Part shown: positions 12,400-24,374 of the stretch, one piece after another
Position numbering within the stretch: the first letter of the stretch is position 1
Layout: every line of letters starts with the position of its first letter
Assembly: GCA_046562895.1 (NCBI GenBank)
Contig: CM102164.1
Location: 32,523,842 to 32,587,841, forward strand
DNA from: Trichechus inunguis
Taxonomy: Eukaryota
DNA length: 64,000 nucleotides
Direction: 5' to 3'
Position numbers and translations under genes: made by a program
Notes under the pieces: generated by a model
What the model was told of the DNA's origin: nothing
Database searches by the model: none
The model's input: the letters and a program-made list of their open reading frames with translations, nothing else

Positions 12400-14950
12400 G
12401 CTGTCACTCATGTTACATATACTGTGAACCTGCATGCCCCTCTCTCACTTTGTAGTATTCACTTGGATAACCACACCTCTGCTAAATTATAATGCTACCA
12501 CCACGTCTGGGCCTACCCAAAAAAGCAAAACAAGAAAAAACAACAATGTGAACAATTCTCACTTTACATTTATGATGACTAACCTCAAGTGGACCCTAAT
12601 ACAGCCCAGCAATCAGACTACATTTCCCCGTCTATTTGCGCTTTCACTCTCTTACACAACTATTACACACTTTCTCCCATCTCCTCAAGTCTCCTACAAA
12701 TCCTCCTCCATCCTCACTCTCAGCTAATGACTGCTTCCTATTTCACTGAGAAAGTTAAAGCAATTAAAAAAGAACGTCTAACAAGCTGCCACCACCCACC
12801 TACCCTATATTCTGTAACTTCTATTACTAGGGATAAATTGTCCATACTCCTAGCTAAGACCAACCCATGCATTTATTCACTAGATGCCATCCCCTCTCAA
12901 AGACATTGCTTCAACAATTCTCCCTACTTTCTCCTGCATCAATATTTTCCTCTCTATTGAATCAATCCTATCAATACATAAACATCTGTTCATTTTCTCA
13001 TCTTGAAAAAACAAAAAAATACTTCCTCCAGCCACTAGTCTCACTTATCTCCTTATATTTACTACAAAACTACTCCAAAAAACTATAATACTCTGTAATT
13101 TCTCCTTATTCTGTCTTGCGCCAGCTCCAATCAGGCTTTCATCTGCAACACCCCAACCCGAAGAAAAGGATCTTAGCAAGGTCATAAATTATTTCTACTT
13201 GGTAAATCCAATGCTCAATTTTCAGTTCTTATCTTACTTATCAGCAGCATTTGACACTGTTGATCACTCTCTCCTCCTTGATATACTTTCTGTACTTGGC
13301 TTTCAGGACACCATACTTGCCTGATTTTCCTCATACCTCTCTGGCTACTCATTCTCCACTCCCTTGCTATTTCCTTCTCATCTTCCCATCTTGTAATAAT
13401 TTGGCTCAGTACTCGATATCTACACTCACAGCTTTGATGATGTCTCCCAGGTCCACGCTTTACCACACATTCTGATGACTCCCAAATTTATATCCCCAAC
13501 CTGCACTTCTCTTGATATTTGGTGTTAACTACTTACTTTACATCTCCACTTGATATACAGTAGGCATTTCAAACTTACCTCATCCAAATGTGAACACCTA
13601 ATATCCACATCCCATAAAAATCTCTCTTGTGACTTCTCATCACAGTAAGTGGAAACTCCAGTAGGCAAAAAAAACTAAACTTAAAAGCCATTCTTAATTC
13701 CTTTCTTGCTGTCAAACCCCATATCCAATTCATCACAGATACTGTTCGCTTCTCATCACCTCCACTGCCGCTACCCTGGTCTAAGCCACTATCATCTCTC
13801 ATCTCAATTACTGCAGTAGTCCTCTAACTCATACCAATTGCACCCATGTTGTTGTTAGGTGCTGTAGAGTCGGTTCCAACTCATATTGACCCTATGTACA
13901 ACAGAACGAAACACTGCCTGGTCCTGCGCCATCCTCACAATCATTACTACACTTGAGCCCATTGTTGTAGCCACTGTGTCAATTCATCTCCTTGAGGGTC
14001 TTACTCTTTTTCACTGATCCTCTACCAAGCATGATGTCCTTCTTCAGGGACTGGTCCCTCCTGATAACATGTCCAAAGCACATGAGACAAAGTCTCACCA
14101 TCCCTGCTTCTAAGGAACATTCTGGCTGCCCTTCCAAGATAGATTTGTCTGTTCTTCTGGCAGTCCATGGCATATTCAATATTCTTAGCCAACACCATAA
14201 TTCAAGGCATCAATTCTTCTTTGGTCTTCCTTATTCACTGTCCAGTTTTCACAAGCATATGAGGCAACTGAAAATAACCATGGCTTCGGTCAGGCGCATC
14301 TTAGTCCTCAAAGTGGTATCTTTGCTTTTTAACACTTTACAAAGGTCTTTTGAAGATCTGCCCAATGCAATATGTCATTTGATTTCTATTCTTAAGTCTA
14401 CAGCAGATATAGAGTGAACTTACTAAAATAACAATGATTAGGCCACTCCTTTATTCAAAGCCCTCCAATGGCTTCCCATTTGACTCAGAGTAAAAGTTGA
14501 AGTGCTCACAATCATCTATTAAGGCCTAACATGATCTGCACCCTCCATCCTCCATTATATCTCTAATCTCAGCTCCTACAATTGTCCCGACTCACTCTGC
14601 TCCAGGTATACTAGCCTCCTTGCTATTCCTCAAACCTATCAGGTAGACTAGTGACTCTTCACACTTGGTATTCACTTTGCCTGCTACAGTCTTCACCCAG
14701 GGATCAGCATGGCTTCCTCACTCATCTTCTTCAGGTCATTATTCAAATGTCAGTTTCTCAGTAAGGCCTTCCCTGGCCATCCTATTTAAAATTGCAACAC
14801 CCTCACCCCTTCCCTGCTTTTTCTACCTAGCTTCTTATTTGTATTCTTTCTCTGCCACTACAATATAAGTTCCATGAGGGCAAAGAATTTTGTCTGTTTT
14901 GTTCAATGTTGTATCCCTAGTGCCTAAAACAGTCGCTGGCACATAGTCGT
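12400..14950 (+). mobile_element. L2 (LINE-2) 3' terminal region of about 2 kb, interrupted at 13848-14425 by a SINE
   Basis: Matches L2 3'-end phrasing …tgactcccaaatttatatcc…cacttgatat…ggcatttcaaacttac…aaccccatatccaattcatca…tcatcacctccactgc…ctggtctaagccactatcatctctc…. After the insertion it continues with …aaagccctccaatggcttcccatttgactcagagtaaaag… and ends in the MIR-shared tail …cagggatcagcatggcttcctcactcatcttcttcaggtcattattcaaatgtcag…taaggccttccctggccatcctatttaaaattgcaacaccc. Confidence 0.55.
13848..14425 (-). mobile_element. Afrotherian SINE with an RTE/BovB-like internal domain, inserted into L2
   Basis: Starts tgttgttaggtgctgtagagtcggttccaactcat (antisense AfroSINE 3' tail). The interior, ggcagtccatggcatattcaatattcttagccaacaccataattcaaggcatcaattcttc…, resembles the antisense BovB/RTE 3' region. 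The flanking L2 sequence is contiguous. Confidence 0.5.
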
Positions 14951-15166
14951 CAATATAGATAAATGAAAGACCAAATACTTGATTTAAAAAGATGATATGC
15001 ATGTGACTCTCTACGAAAACTTTACTTGATCTATTTTAACTGAGATTATTTGCCTATTGTGGAATACCTCCTTTATAAGAATTATTAAAAACTGATTTTA
15101 AAATTACCTGTGTAGCAATGCTCAGTGACAAATGCTCTACCCTTGACATGACAAAACCAAACTTAC

Positions 15167-15409
15167 CATGGATTCATCTTTTCTCACAGTAGTCACACAC
15201 TGATCTGCCTTTATGCTGCTTTCAATAGCTTCTGCTCTCTTCCAAGCATCTAGCCGAAATCTTTCCATCACTTTTATTTCTTCTCGGAGGTCTGTGTTCT
15301 CTTTGACTAACATTTCTATCTGGCTTCTAAGACGGCTATGTGTACTTGACCATTTTACTTCTTTTCTTTTCAGATCTTCCTGTAAATCTGCTATCTGCTG
15401 TTTTAAAGC
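15167..15409 (-). CDS. CENPJ: CENPJ/CPAP coding exon, 243 bp, phase 0 to 0
   Basis: Minus-strand translation: [81 protein letters not shown]. Acceptor ccatAG|GCT, donor ATG|GTAAGT. Matches human CENPJ …[65 protein letters not shown]…. Confidence 0.85.
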
Positions 15410-16140
15410 CTATGGTGGGGGGGGGAGCATTACTAGAGTTAAAATAATGCAATGTAAGAATAAAGACACATCAAAGAAACAGAACAGCCAGTTCAAAAAG
15501 ATACTATCATAAGAATTCAATATATGATGAAGGAAGCATCACAGGCAGCAAAAACAGAAGGCTTAGTCAACAAATCACATTTTAATAACACTGAATTTTT
15601 CATAAGAGGGAAGCAGTAGATCTGTTTAGAGCCTAACCTCATACCATAGAACAAAACTAACTCCAGAAGACAGACATCACTTAAGAGTTCATTGCAACAA
15701 TACCGTCATGAGGTAATAAAGGTCTAAAGATATTAATTAAAAGACAAAGAAAAGGATAAATGGGGAACATACGATGAAGAAAAATTAACAGGAATTCATG
15801 ACTAATTGAAGGAAGAGTTGAGGTAAAGGGAAGAATAAAAGAATCCAAATCCAAAACTAGCTGCCCTGAAAACTGGTTCTATTTGAAATTCATAAGAAAA
15901 CAGTTTAAGAAAATGAGTTGCTTTAGATGGTCTAAATGACGTAAGTGAAGAAACTGCTGGAAGTGTCTAGAAGCAGTTTGCAATTGTACAAACAGAAATC
16001 AAGAGTGATACCAGAACAAAGGAGAGGTCAGCTACACAGAAGGAGCAGCAAGTTATGGGGAATGACAGAGAGCTGAGGACAGGAGTAAAGGGAGAAACAA
16101 GAGCACATTCTCTCCTACCTCAAAACCCACTCTGATACAA

Positions 16141-16330
16141 GACTGTTGTTAGGTGCTGCTGAGTCGATTTTGACTCATAGCGACCACGTGATAGAGTAGA
16201 ACTGGCCCATAGGGTTTTCTAGGTTATAATCTTTACAGAAGCAGATCACCAGGTCTTTCTCCTGTGGAGCAGCTGGGTGGGTTCATACTGTCAATCTTTC
16301 AGTTAGCAGCCAAGCATTTAACCACTGTGC
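16141..16330 (-). mobile_element. AfroSINE
   Basis: ctgttgttaggtgctgctgagtcgattttgactcatagcgaccac…cagttagcagccaagcatttaaccactgtgccaccagggctcc. Confidence 0.85.
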
Positions 16331-16374
16331 CACCAGGGCTCCTTGATATAAGACTACTGGAAGTGAAAAGCTCT

Positions 16375-16600
16375 GTACCAGTACCAGTTGCCGTTGAGTT
16401 GAATCTGACTCATGGCAACCCCATGTGTGTCACAGGAGAATTGTGCTCTCCACAGGTTTGCAATGGTGAATTTTTTGGAAGCAGACTGCCAGGTCTTTCT
16501 TCCAAGGTGCCTCTGGGTGTACTCAGACATCCAACCTTTCAGTTAGCAGCCAAGACCACTAATCATTTGCACCATCCAGGAACTCCCAAATGCTGCTCAG
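16375..16600 (-). mobile_element. AfroSINE
   Basis: …gttgccgttgagttgaatctgactcatggcaacccc…cagttagcagccaagaccactaatcatttgcaccatccaggaactccc. Confidence 0.8.
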
Positions 16601-16914
16601 TTCTGTGCGATCCCCATGACTGGTTCTGGATCAGGCTGTTGTGATCCATACTGGGCTTTCACTGGTTGATTTTATTAATATACATTGGTATAAAACTTTA
16701 CATCCAATCTCATTTAAGCCTTACAACAGCCAAGAAAGTCTTTTGAACCCTAATATCTTCCTCTATCACCTAGTCATAATAGACTCTTTCTTAGGGGTAT
16801 TACATTACAAACAGCATAGTCTTTGGAGTTGGCAAGATCAAGGCTTGAATCCCAGTTTTGTGCCTTGACAGTTTCTTAAAGAAGGTCATTAACCTCTCTG
16901 AAAATTAGTGTTAT

Positions 16915-17450
16915 CGATTAAAATGTGTCCCCCAAAAATGCGTATCATCTTGGCTAGGCCACGATTCCCACTACTGTGTGGTTGTCCACCATTTGGTGAT
17001 CTGATGTGATTATACTATGTGTTGTTGTAAATCCTAATCTCTATGATTGTCAATGAGGCAGGATTAGAGGCAGTTATGTTAATACGGCAGGCCTCAATCT
17101 ATAGGATTTGGTTGTATCTTGAGTTAATCTCCCTTGAAATATAAAAGAGAGAAGCAAGCAGAGAGGAGAAGGGACCTCCTACCACCAAGAAAGAAGAGCC
17201 AGGAGCAGAGCGTGTCCTTTGGACCCGGGATCCCTGTGCTGAGAAGCTCCTAGGCCAGGGGAAGATTGATGACAAGGACCTTTCCCCAGAGCTAACAGAG
17301 AAAAAACCTTCCCCAAGAGCTGGCACCCTGAATTTGGACTTCTAGCCTCCTAGACTGTGAGAGAATAAATTTGTTTGTTAAAGCCATTCACTTGTGGTAT
17401 TTCTGTTATAGCAGCACTAGATAACTAAGACAATTAGCTTCTGTATTTAT
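16915..17450 (+). mobile_element. Solo ERVL-MaLR (MLT1-type) LTR
   Basis: Ends with the MaLR LTR terminus …ggacttctagcctcctagactgtgagagaataaatttgtttgttaaagccattcacttgtggtatttctgttatagcagcactagataactaagacaa. Confidence 0.7.
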
Positions 17451-17749
17451 AAAATTGTAGATTACAACAAATCTCACCAGATTGGTATAAAGATTTTATA
17501 AATAAGAAATTTTTAACATCTTTATCAAGCAGGGAAATAGCCTTATTAATACTAAAATGATAACACACGAGTCTTAAAAAAAAAAAAAAAAAGTCTGAAG
17601 TAACCAGTTATAGGAAGCAGAGAGACTTTAAAAAATTCAAGGGCAATGCTAAAAGGGGAAAGGGGCTGACACACTTGAAGATGCTACCACTGGTAGAGCT
17701 GGAACTACCTGAACATTGAAAAGGAAATTTTTCAATTAATTAGTGTTAT

Positions 17750-18170
17750 AGATTGAATTATATGCCCCAAAATAAGTGTTGTAATTCCTAATGTCTTTGC
17801 CTGTGGCTAGAATCCTATTTGGGAATGGGTTATCTTTGTAATGTTAATAACACAGGATTGGTGTAGGGTGCATCTTGAGTCAAAAGATATCAAAAAGATA
17901 CAAAAAAGATCAAACAAGCAAGCAAGAAGCAGAGATGGGGTAAGACAGATGCCAGTACACATGGACATCTCCAGGCAACCAGGAAACAGAAGCTAAAGAG
18001 ACAAGAAAGAGCCTTCCTCCAGAGTCAGCAGAGAGAAAAAGCCTTCCGGTAGAGCTGGCGCTCTGAATTCGGACTTACAGCCTCCTAAACTGTGAGAAAA
18101 TAAATTTGTCTGTCAAAGCCATCCACTTGTGATATTTCTGTTATAGCCATACTAGATAATACAATTAGAG
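17750..18170 (+). mobile_element. Second MaLR (MLT1-type) LTR, same orientation, 300 bp downstream of the first
   Basis: …ggacttacagcctcctaaactgtgagaaaataaatttgtctgtcaaagccatccacttgtgatatttctgttatagccatactagataatacaa. Confidence 0.7.
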
Positions 18171-18360
18171 TTAACATGAGTTTGTGAAAGGCTACCAATC
18201 AATAATGATGAACATAAACTCCAGGAGGGCAAAAATGTCTTACACCAATTTTCCCCAGAGCTTAGAACAGTTTCTAGTATATAGAGTTCTCAAAAGATTG
18301 GTTGAATGAATGAATACCCAAAACAGTTAATATAGAAAATAATAATACAAAACAAAAAAA

Positions 18361-18500
18361 CCAAACTCATGGCTGTTGAGTTGATTCCGACTCATAGCGA
18401 CACTATAAGAAAGAGCAGAACTACCCAACAGGGTTTCCAAAGAACAGCTGGTGGATTTGAACTGCTGGCCTTTTGGTTAGCAGTCATAGCTCTTAACAAT
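18361..18500 (-). mobile_element. AfroSINE
   Basis: ctcatggctgttgagttgattccgactcatagcgacac…ggtggatttgaactgctggccttttggttagcagtcatagctcttaac. Confidence 0.85.
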
Positions 18501-18895
18501 ACACCACCTATTTAATCTTTTAATGACTTTAATAAGAGAAGAGTATCAATAAATATAGGTATTCCTTCTATTAAGTATGTATCTATTTATTAAGTATATA
18601 TTTGTACAGTAGAAGGAGAAAGAAGGATAAACACAGGGAACTGTGAATAAGTCAAACAGTACAAGAAAAAGAACAAAGTATACCAAAAACAGAAAGAAAT
18701 AATAAATACCCATGGCCACACATGATAACCAGATCTGAAAAGGGGTTCAATACTTAATATCAGAAGTCATATAAAACAACAAAGTAGAAAGAGGGTTCAA
18801 GAATGAGTACCCAAATGATAAAATAGTTTAACATCGTAAAGAGGAACACTAACTCACCAACCCAATCCTTCATCTCCAGGACATGAAACCTTTAG

Positions 18896-19045
18896 ATCAG
18901 CACTGTCCAATATGGTAGCCACTAGATACATGAGCACTTGAAATGTGGCTTTGATAGAAGAAATTGAATTTTTTATTTTATTTAATTAATTTAAATTTAA
19001 ATAGCCACATATGTCTAGTGGCTATCATGCTGGACAGCACAGACT
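18896..19045. mobile_element. Palindromic MITE-like element (hairpin with about 40-bp inverted arms)
   Basis: Left arm cagcactgtccaatatggtagccactagatacatgagcacttgaaatgtggct. Right arm atagccacatatgtctagtggctatcatgctggacagcacag is its near-perfect reverse complement. The central loop is AT-rich (attgaattttttattttatttaattaatttaaatttaaat). Confidence 0.6.
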
Positions 19046-19659
19046 TAAATACATTATTTCAGGAAAAAGCACCAGGTTGCAAGAAAGTAAACTGTGTCAT
19101 TCACTTAGCAAAGTAAAGTATAACTACAAAATGAAAGCTCAGTCTGCTTTGGTTTGAATCACCTTGGAAGAAGAAATTAGGTCCTGTGCTGCAAGAAAGA
19201 GAAACAAGAGGGGAAAAAGAAAACAAATCAGTCTTAATCTTATAATCTTGGGTGGTCTGAGAAGCTCCTCCCCCCGGCTTTGGGTCTAGTAAGATTTTCA
19301 TAATATAGCAAGGTATCAAAGGAAAGTATTGCTCTAATCCTAAGAGATTTAAAAACAAGAAAAATGAAATGATAAACTCATTGTGCAAGTATTTAAAAAT
19401 AGACTGTGGTTTTAAACTGAGCCAAAACCTTTGTGATAGCTCAACTGGTTATGTTTTAATCACTGTTTAAAGTATTCAAAGTGTTCACAAAAAGTCATGC
19501 TAAATTTGTAACCATAATTCAAATTGTTCAAAAGAAATTCAATAAAGTTTAATATCAATTTTTAATCTTTTTCTCTATCAGACAGGCAAAGAGCAAAAAG
19601 TCTGATAACACCGTGTTAGTTAAGACTGAGGGAAAGAACAAACAGTCTAATAATTGCAG

Positions 19660-19805
19660 TTCAAACCTACTCAGCAGCTCCGCAGTAGAAAGACCTGGTG
19701 ATCAGTTCCTATAAAGATTACAGCCTAGAAAACACTATGGGGCAGTTCCACTGTCACATGAGGTCACTGTTAGTTGAAATTGACTCAATGGCACCTAACA
19801 ACAAA
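19660..19805 (+). mobile_element. AfroSINE, 5'-truncated
   Basis: …cctggtgatcagttcctataaagattacagcctagaaaacactatggggcagttccactgtcacatgaggtcactgttagttgaaattgactcaatggcacctaacaac. Confidence 0.7.
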
Positions 19806-19989
19806 AATATGATACTTACAGAGGGATAACCTGGCAGTATCTATCAACGTACATACCTTTTAACCCAGAAATTACACTTGTAGAAATTTATCTTACAGAT
19901 ATACTTGAACATGTAAGCTACATGAGCGCAAGGATTTATTTGTTTTGTTCACTACTGAATTTTCAGTTCACAGGCTGTGCCTGGCACAC

Positions 19990-20190
19990 AGTGAAAAAAT
20001 CAAACCCATTTCCATCAGGTTGATTCCAATTCATGGCAACCCCATGTATTACAGAGTAGAACTTCCCTATAGGGTTCTCGTAGCTGTAATCTTTACAGTA
20101 GCAGATCACCAGGCTTTTCTTCCGTGGCATTGCTGGGTGGATTTGAACCTCCAACCTTTAGGTTAGTGGTCAAGTACAACCATTTGCAAC
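19990..20190 (-). mobile_element. AfroSINE
   Basis: ccatcaggttgattccaattcatggcaacccc…ggtggatttgaacctccaacctttaggttagtggtcaagtacaaccatttgcaacacccag. Confidence 0.85.
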
Positions 20191-21504
20191 ACCCAGAAAC
20201 CTTGGCACATAGTAGATACTCAATAAACAAGGGCTGAATGAAAAAGTAGAAGAATGATTGTGAGAGGTGATGTCATTCTTATAAACAGAAGAATAGAGAA
20301 CAGATACATGTTTAATTATAGCACATTCATATAATGCAATTCTATGCAACTATAAAATACAGAATAAGGATACTCTTTAAGATATAGAATTTCAGAATAC
20401 TATCATTGATGTTAAAAAAAAAAAAAAACAACCTATGAACTTGCTTAAATGCATAGAATTTCTCTAAAAACACACAAGAAACTGGTAACACTGGTTGCCT
20501 CCACAGGGGTAAATTAGGTGGAAAAGTTTAACTGTACATCTTCTTGTACAGTTTGAATGGGAATATATTATCTTTTGAAATAAAATTTGTGATATATTAG
20601 ATTTAATAAATTGATCATTAACCAAAATATAATGGCACACGTGTTTCCCCACAAAAATAGAATTAAAGACCTTAATCAACACAGTAGTATGTGATAACTT
20701 AAGCCATAGGTGTGCAGATGAGATTGTTCAAGGATGGCATACTACATGAGAAAGAAGACAAAGGATGAAACTTGAAAATACTAATATTTAAATATGGAAA
20801 GTAGACAATAAGTTTGTATTTTATGCTACAAGCAATGAACAGCCATTTAAACTTTTTCTTTTGATAAGCTGTAAGTTTTCACTTTCATGACATCCAATGT
20901 ATCAGTTTTCTTTCACAGTTCTTTGTGTCTTCTCTTAGAAATCTTTTCAAATGCCAGTGTCACAAATATATTTATCTTTTTTGTAGAAGCTTTATAGTTT
21001 TAACTAGAAATGCATTAGTTCTTTTTTTTAACTTATATTCCATGAACTATGTTCATTTCTAACTTCGAAATGAATAGGAATCACAATTTGGCCTACTGGT
21101 TTTAAGTTTTAAAATTAAACATCTAGTTTGTATATGTGCCTTAAGGTACTATAAATGCACAGAATTAACAATATTCGGTGTGCACTGGGTCAAAAAGATC
21201 AACACAACATTACACTCATGAATGTCCAAGTCCTGCCTTGTTATTTCAGCCATGACATTATCAGGGTCTTTTATTGGAAGCCTTTAGTAAGAAAATAATT
21301 GATATGTTTTACTCTTTAAACATCAGACTACAAAAGATGCAGTTGCTGAGGCAATGTCTTGGGCATATTATTTGTTGAATGAGTGAATGATTAATAGATT
21401 GATACACAATTTCTCTTTTGACACATTAAATCACTCTAATGAGATTCTTACAAGATTGTCACCTTTAACAACTTAAATGAGTACGATATAAAGAACTGGC
21501 ATAC

Positions 21505-21670
21505 CTGTATTTCTTCACGTTCCTTTTTATCTGGAAAAGATCTTGCAGCTGTAGTGTACTTTTCAAAAACTTTGCGTTCTTTTTGTAGCTTCCTCATTTC
21601 CTTCTTTTTAAACTCTTCTATTTGAGCCAGTTCTTTCGCTTTCTGTTGTTCAAAGTCAGAAATTCCTCTC
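21505..21670 (-). CDS. CENPJ: CENPJ/CPAP coding exon, 166 bp, phase 2 to 0
   Basis: Minus-strand translation: (R)[54 protein letters not shown]. Acceptor cattttAG|G, donor CAG|GTATGC. Matches human …[53 protein letters not shown]. Confidence 0.88.
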
Positions 21671-22029
21671 CTAAAATGACCCAACCATGTTATCATCTAG
21701 GGGGACCATTTCAATACAGTAATCCACACGTGGTACCCAAATGGAAAACAGGTGACAGCCTGACATCGAAGAGCTGCTAGTGCTGGTGAATCTATCTTCA
21801 CTACATATGACTGAAAATACCAGCTAATTCACACATTCAAATTCACTGAGCACCTACTATGGATCAAGCACTATAATAGGTAATGGAAAAATCATAGCGA
21901 ATAAAATTCCTCCTGCCCCCATGAACCTTTTTACACTTAATGAGAAAAACAGACAATAAAGATAAATATGTAAAAAATATGGCACATTACAAGTGCTAAG
22001 GAGGAAAATAAAGCAAGGAAGCAGGTTAG

Positions 22030-23050
22030 GGAATATCAGGATAAGAGGTTGACATTTTGGATGGGTCTACCTTGCTGAGATGATAACATGTGAAGGAAGA
22101 CCTGAAGAAAGTGAGAGAATAAGCCATATCTGGACAAAGAGCAGTCCAGGCAGAGGGAATACCAAGTACAAAAGCCCTGAGAGGGGAATGTACCTCATGT
22201 GTTCAAACAACAGTCAACAGGCCAATGTAGCTAAAACAGAAGGGACAAGGGAGAGAATAGGAAAACATGTCAAAAAAATATCAGAAGTCCAGATTAATTA
22301 CGGTCTTATAGACCACTGTGAGGACTTGCAGCCCTGGTGGTGCAGTGGTTAAGAGCTCTCCTGCTAACCATAAGGTCGGCAGTTCAAATTCACCAGCCGC
22401 TCCTTGGAAACCCTATGGGGCAATTGTACTCTATCCTATACGGTTGCCATGAGTTGGAATTGACTCGACAGCAGTGGGTTTGGTGAGAACTTGGTACTTG
22501 CTCTGAGATAGGAAGCTTAGAAGAATTTTCATCAGAAATGTCATAACCTAGGTTCACTCTGGATGCTGTGTTAAAAGCGTAGGGAGACACAGAAGGAAGC
22601 AAAGAGACCAGTTAGAAAGCAATTTTATTAACCAGGCGAAAGACGATGGTGACCTGGCCTAGAGTGGTAGCTGGGTGTGTGGTGAGAAGTGGTCATATTC
22701 TAGATCTATTTTGTAGGTAGAGCTGATACTGTTTGCTAATGGATTAAATGCAGAGTGTGAGAGAAAGAGGAGGTTCAAGGACAACTCCAAGATTTTTGGC
22801 CTAGGTAAATGGAAGAAGAGACTTATTGGCTAATATGGGGAAGACAATGAGAAGAATGGGTTTGGGAGGAAATATGAGGAATAAATTTTTCTTAAAAGTG
22901 ATAAATTTGAAATACCTACCAATATCCAAGTAGAGTGGTTAAGTAGGCAGTAAGATATGGGATGTGGGCTAGAGACTGAAATTGGGGCTATATCAGCCCC
23001 AAGATGGTATTTAAAGCCATGAGATTGGACAAACTCTCTTCAAGGGAGTG
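22030..23050 (+). mobile_element. Ancient LINE (L2/CR1-like) internal fragments, low confidence
   Basis: Phrases such as gtgaaggaagacctgaagaaagtgagagaataagccatatctggacaaagagcagtccaggcagagggaataccaagtacaaaagccctgagagg and …gatatgggatgtgggctagagactgaaattggggctatatcagccccaagatggtatttaaagccatgagattggac… recur in ancient mammalian LINE bodies. Confidence 0.3.
22320..22475 (+). mobile_element. AfroSINE
   Basis: gccctggtggtgcagtggttaagagctctcctgctaaccataaggtcggcagttcaaattcaccagccgctccttggaaaccctatgggg…ggttgccatgagttggaattgactcgacagcagtgggtttgg. Confidence 0.9.
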
Positions 23051-23099
23051 TAGATTGAAAAGAGAAAGGACACTCATACATGACTAAATATTCAAAATT

Positions 23100-23650
23100 T
23101 CTATAACATACACGCAATCATATATTCAAAGGCAAAAACTGGGGAAGAATACTTACAGCACATTCGACAAAGGTTTAATATCCTACAAAACTCCTACAAT
23201 CAATAAAACAAACTTCCCACTAGAAATATGAACAAAGGTCACAAAGAAATTTACAAAAATAAATACAAATGACCACTAAATACAAAGAGAATGCTCAACT
23301 TTATTATTGATAATTAAGTAAATGCAAATTTTAACACGTTAATAAAAAAGATATCATTATCAGGTTGGCAAGATTTTAAAAGACTCAACTTTGGTAATGG
23401 AGAAAAGGGATAAGAATAAGCCTTATGGCTGGCTCATGCAACAGAAATTCTTCCTAAGAAATTTATCCTAAGTATAGTTTAAAAAAAAAGAAAAAAGAAA
23501 AAGTGCTAGCATATATATGATGATATTTACTGCAGGAAAATTTATAATAGTGAAAAATTGTAAACAAGGTAAATTTCCATCAGTAGATCAAATGAGTTAC
23601 AGTAGCACCCATACACTGCAGTCATTTAAACTATAGAAGATTAGCCTGTA
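23100..23650 (+). mobile_element. Ancient L1 3' fragment
   Basis: aagtaaatgcaaattttaacacgttaataaaaaagatatcattatcaggttggcaagattttaaaagac… has L1M-type ORF2 C-terminus phrasing. Confidence 0.5.
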
Positions 23651-23654
23651 CTAA

Positions 23655-23862
23655 TAAGGAGGCCTTGGTGGTGTAAATGGTTAGCATGCTTGGCTGCTAA
23701 CCAAAAGATTGGAACTTTGAGTCTACCCAGAGGTACCTTGGAAGAAAGACTTGGCAATCTACTTCTGCAAAACCAGCTCTTGAAAACCCTATGGAGCATA
23801 GTTCCACTCCAACATACGTGAGGTTGCCGTGAGTCAGAATCAATTCAACAGCAAATGGTTTT
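23655..23862 (+). mobile_element. AfroSINE
   Basis: ggaggccttggtggtgtaaatggttagcatgcttggctgctaaccaaaagattggaactttgagtctaccc…gaggttgccgtgagtcagaatcaattcaacagcaaatggtttttt. Confidence 0.9.
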
Positions 23863-24374
23863 TTAATAAAGTGAGATGTCTATTATACACTAAAGTGAAA
23901 AAGCAGATTAAAAAACGAGATATATATTATAGAGCCCAGAGCTTGGGAGCAGAATGCGTCGGTTGGAATTGTGGCTGTCATCTACTAGGTGGGGGAACTC
24001 AGACAACTTGCTTAACTTTCAATGTCTCAGTTTCATATTAAGATGGGAAGAATAACAATCACTGAACTCAAGGATTAAGTTATGCTTAGAATCTGGCATA
24101 ATTAAGAGTGTTGAATAACTATTAGTTATTATTTTATGATTTAAAATGTTCTTTAGAGATAAAAAGTATACATTTTAAAATAATGAAGGAGACATTTAAG
24201 AAGTTATCTTGGGTGGTGAAGGGGTTTAGAATAAATTACCACTTTTTAACCTTCACCACTGTTTGTTTCTAACAGGCATGTATTTCCATACATATCAGCA
24301 GAAAAACAAAGATTTTCTACTAAAAAAAATAACAAAATAACTACTCTTTGGAGTTTGATTTTTATAAAGGTAAC

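Noticed and set aside
13992-14417. 141-aa plus-strand ORF
   Set aside because: It lies entirely inside the minus-oriented SINE/RTE-like insertion and is a repeat-derived frame.
1-15166. Search for the downstream CENPJ exons that encode the C-terminal TCP/G-box domain
   Set aside because: I found no minus-strand segment with the expected peptide features or flanking splice signals. The non-repeat sequence here is mostly L2, SINE and L1 remnants. The exons are presumably beyond the window start, and none is asserted.
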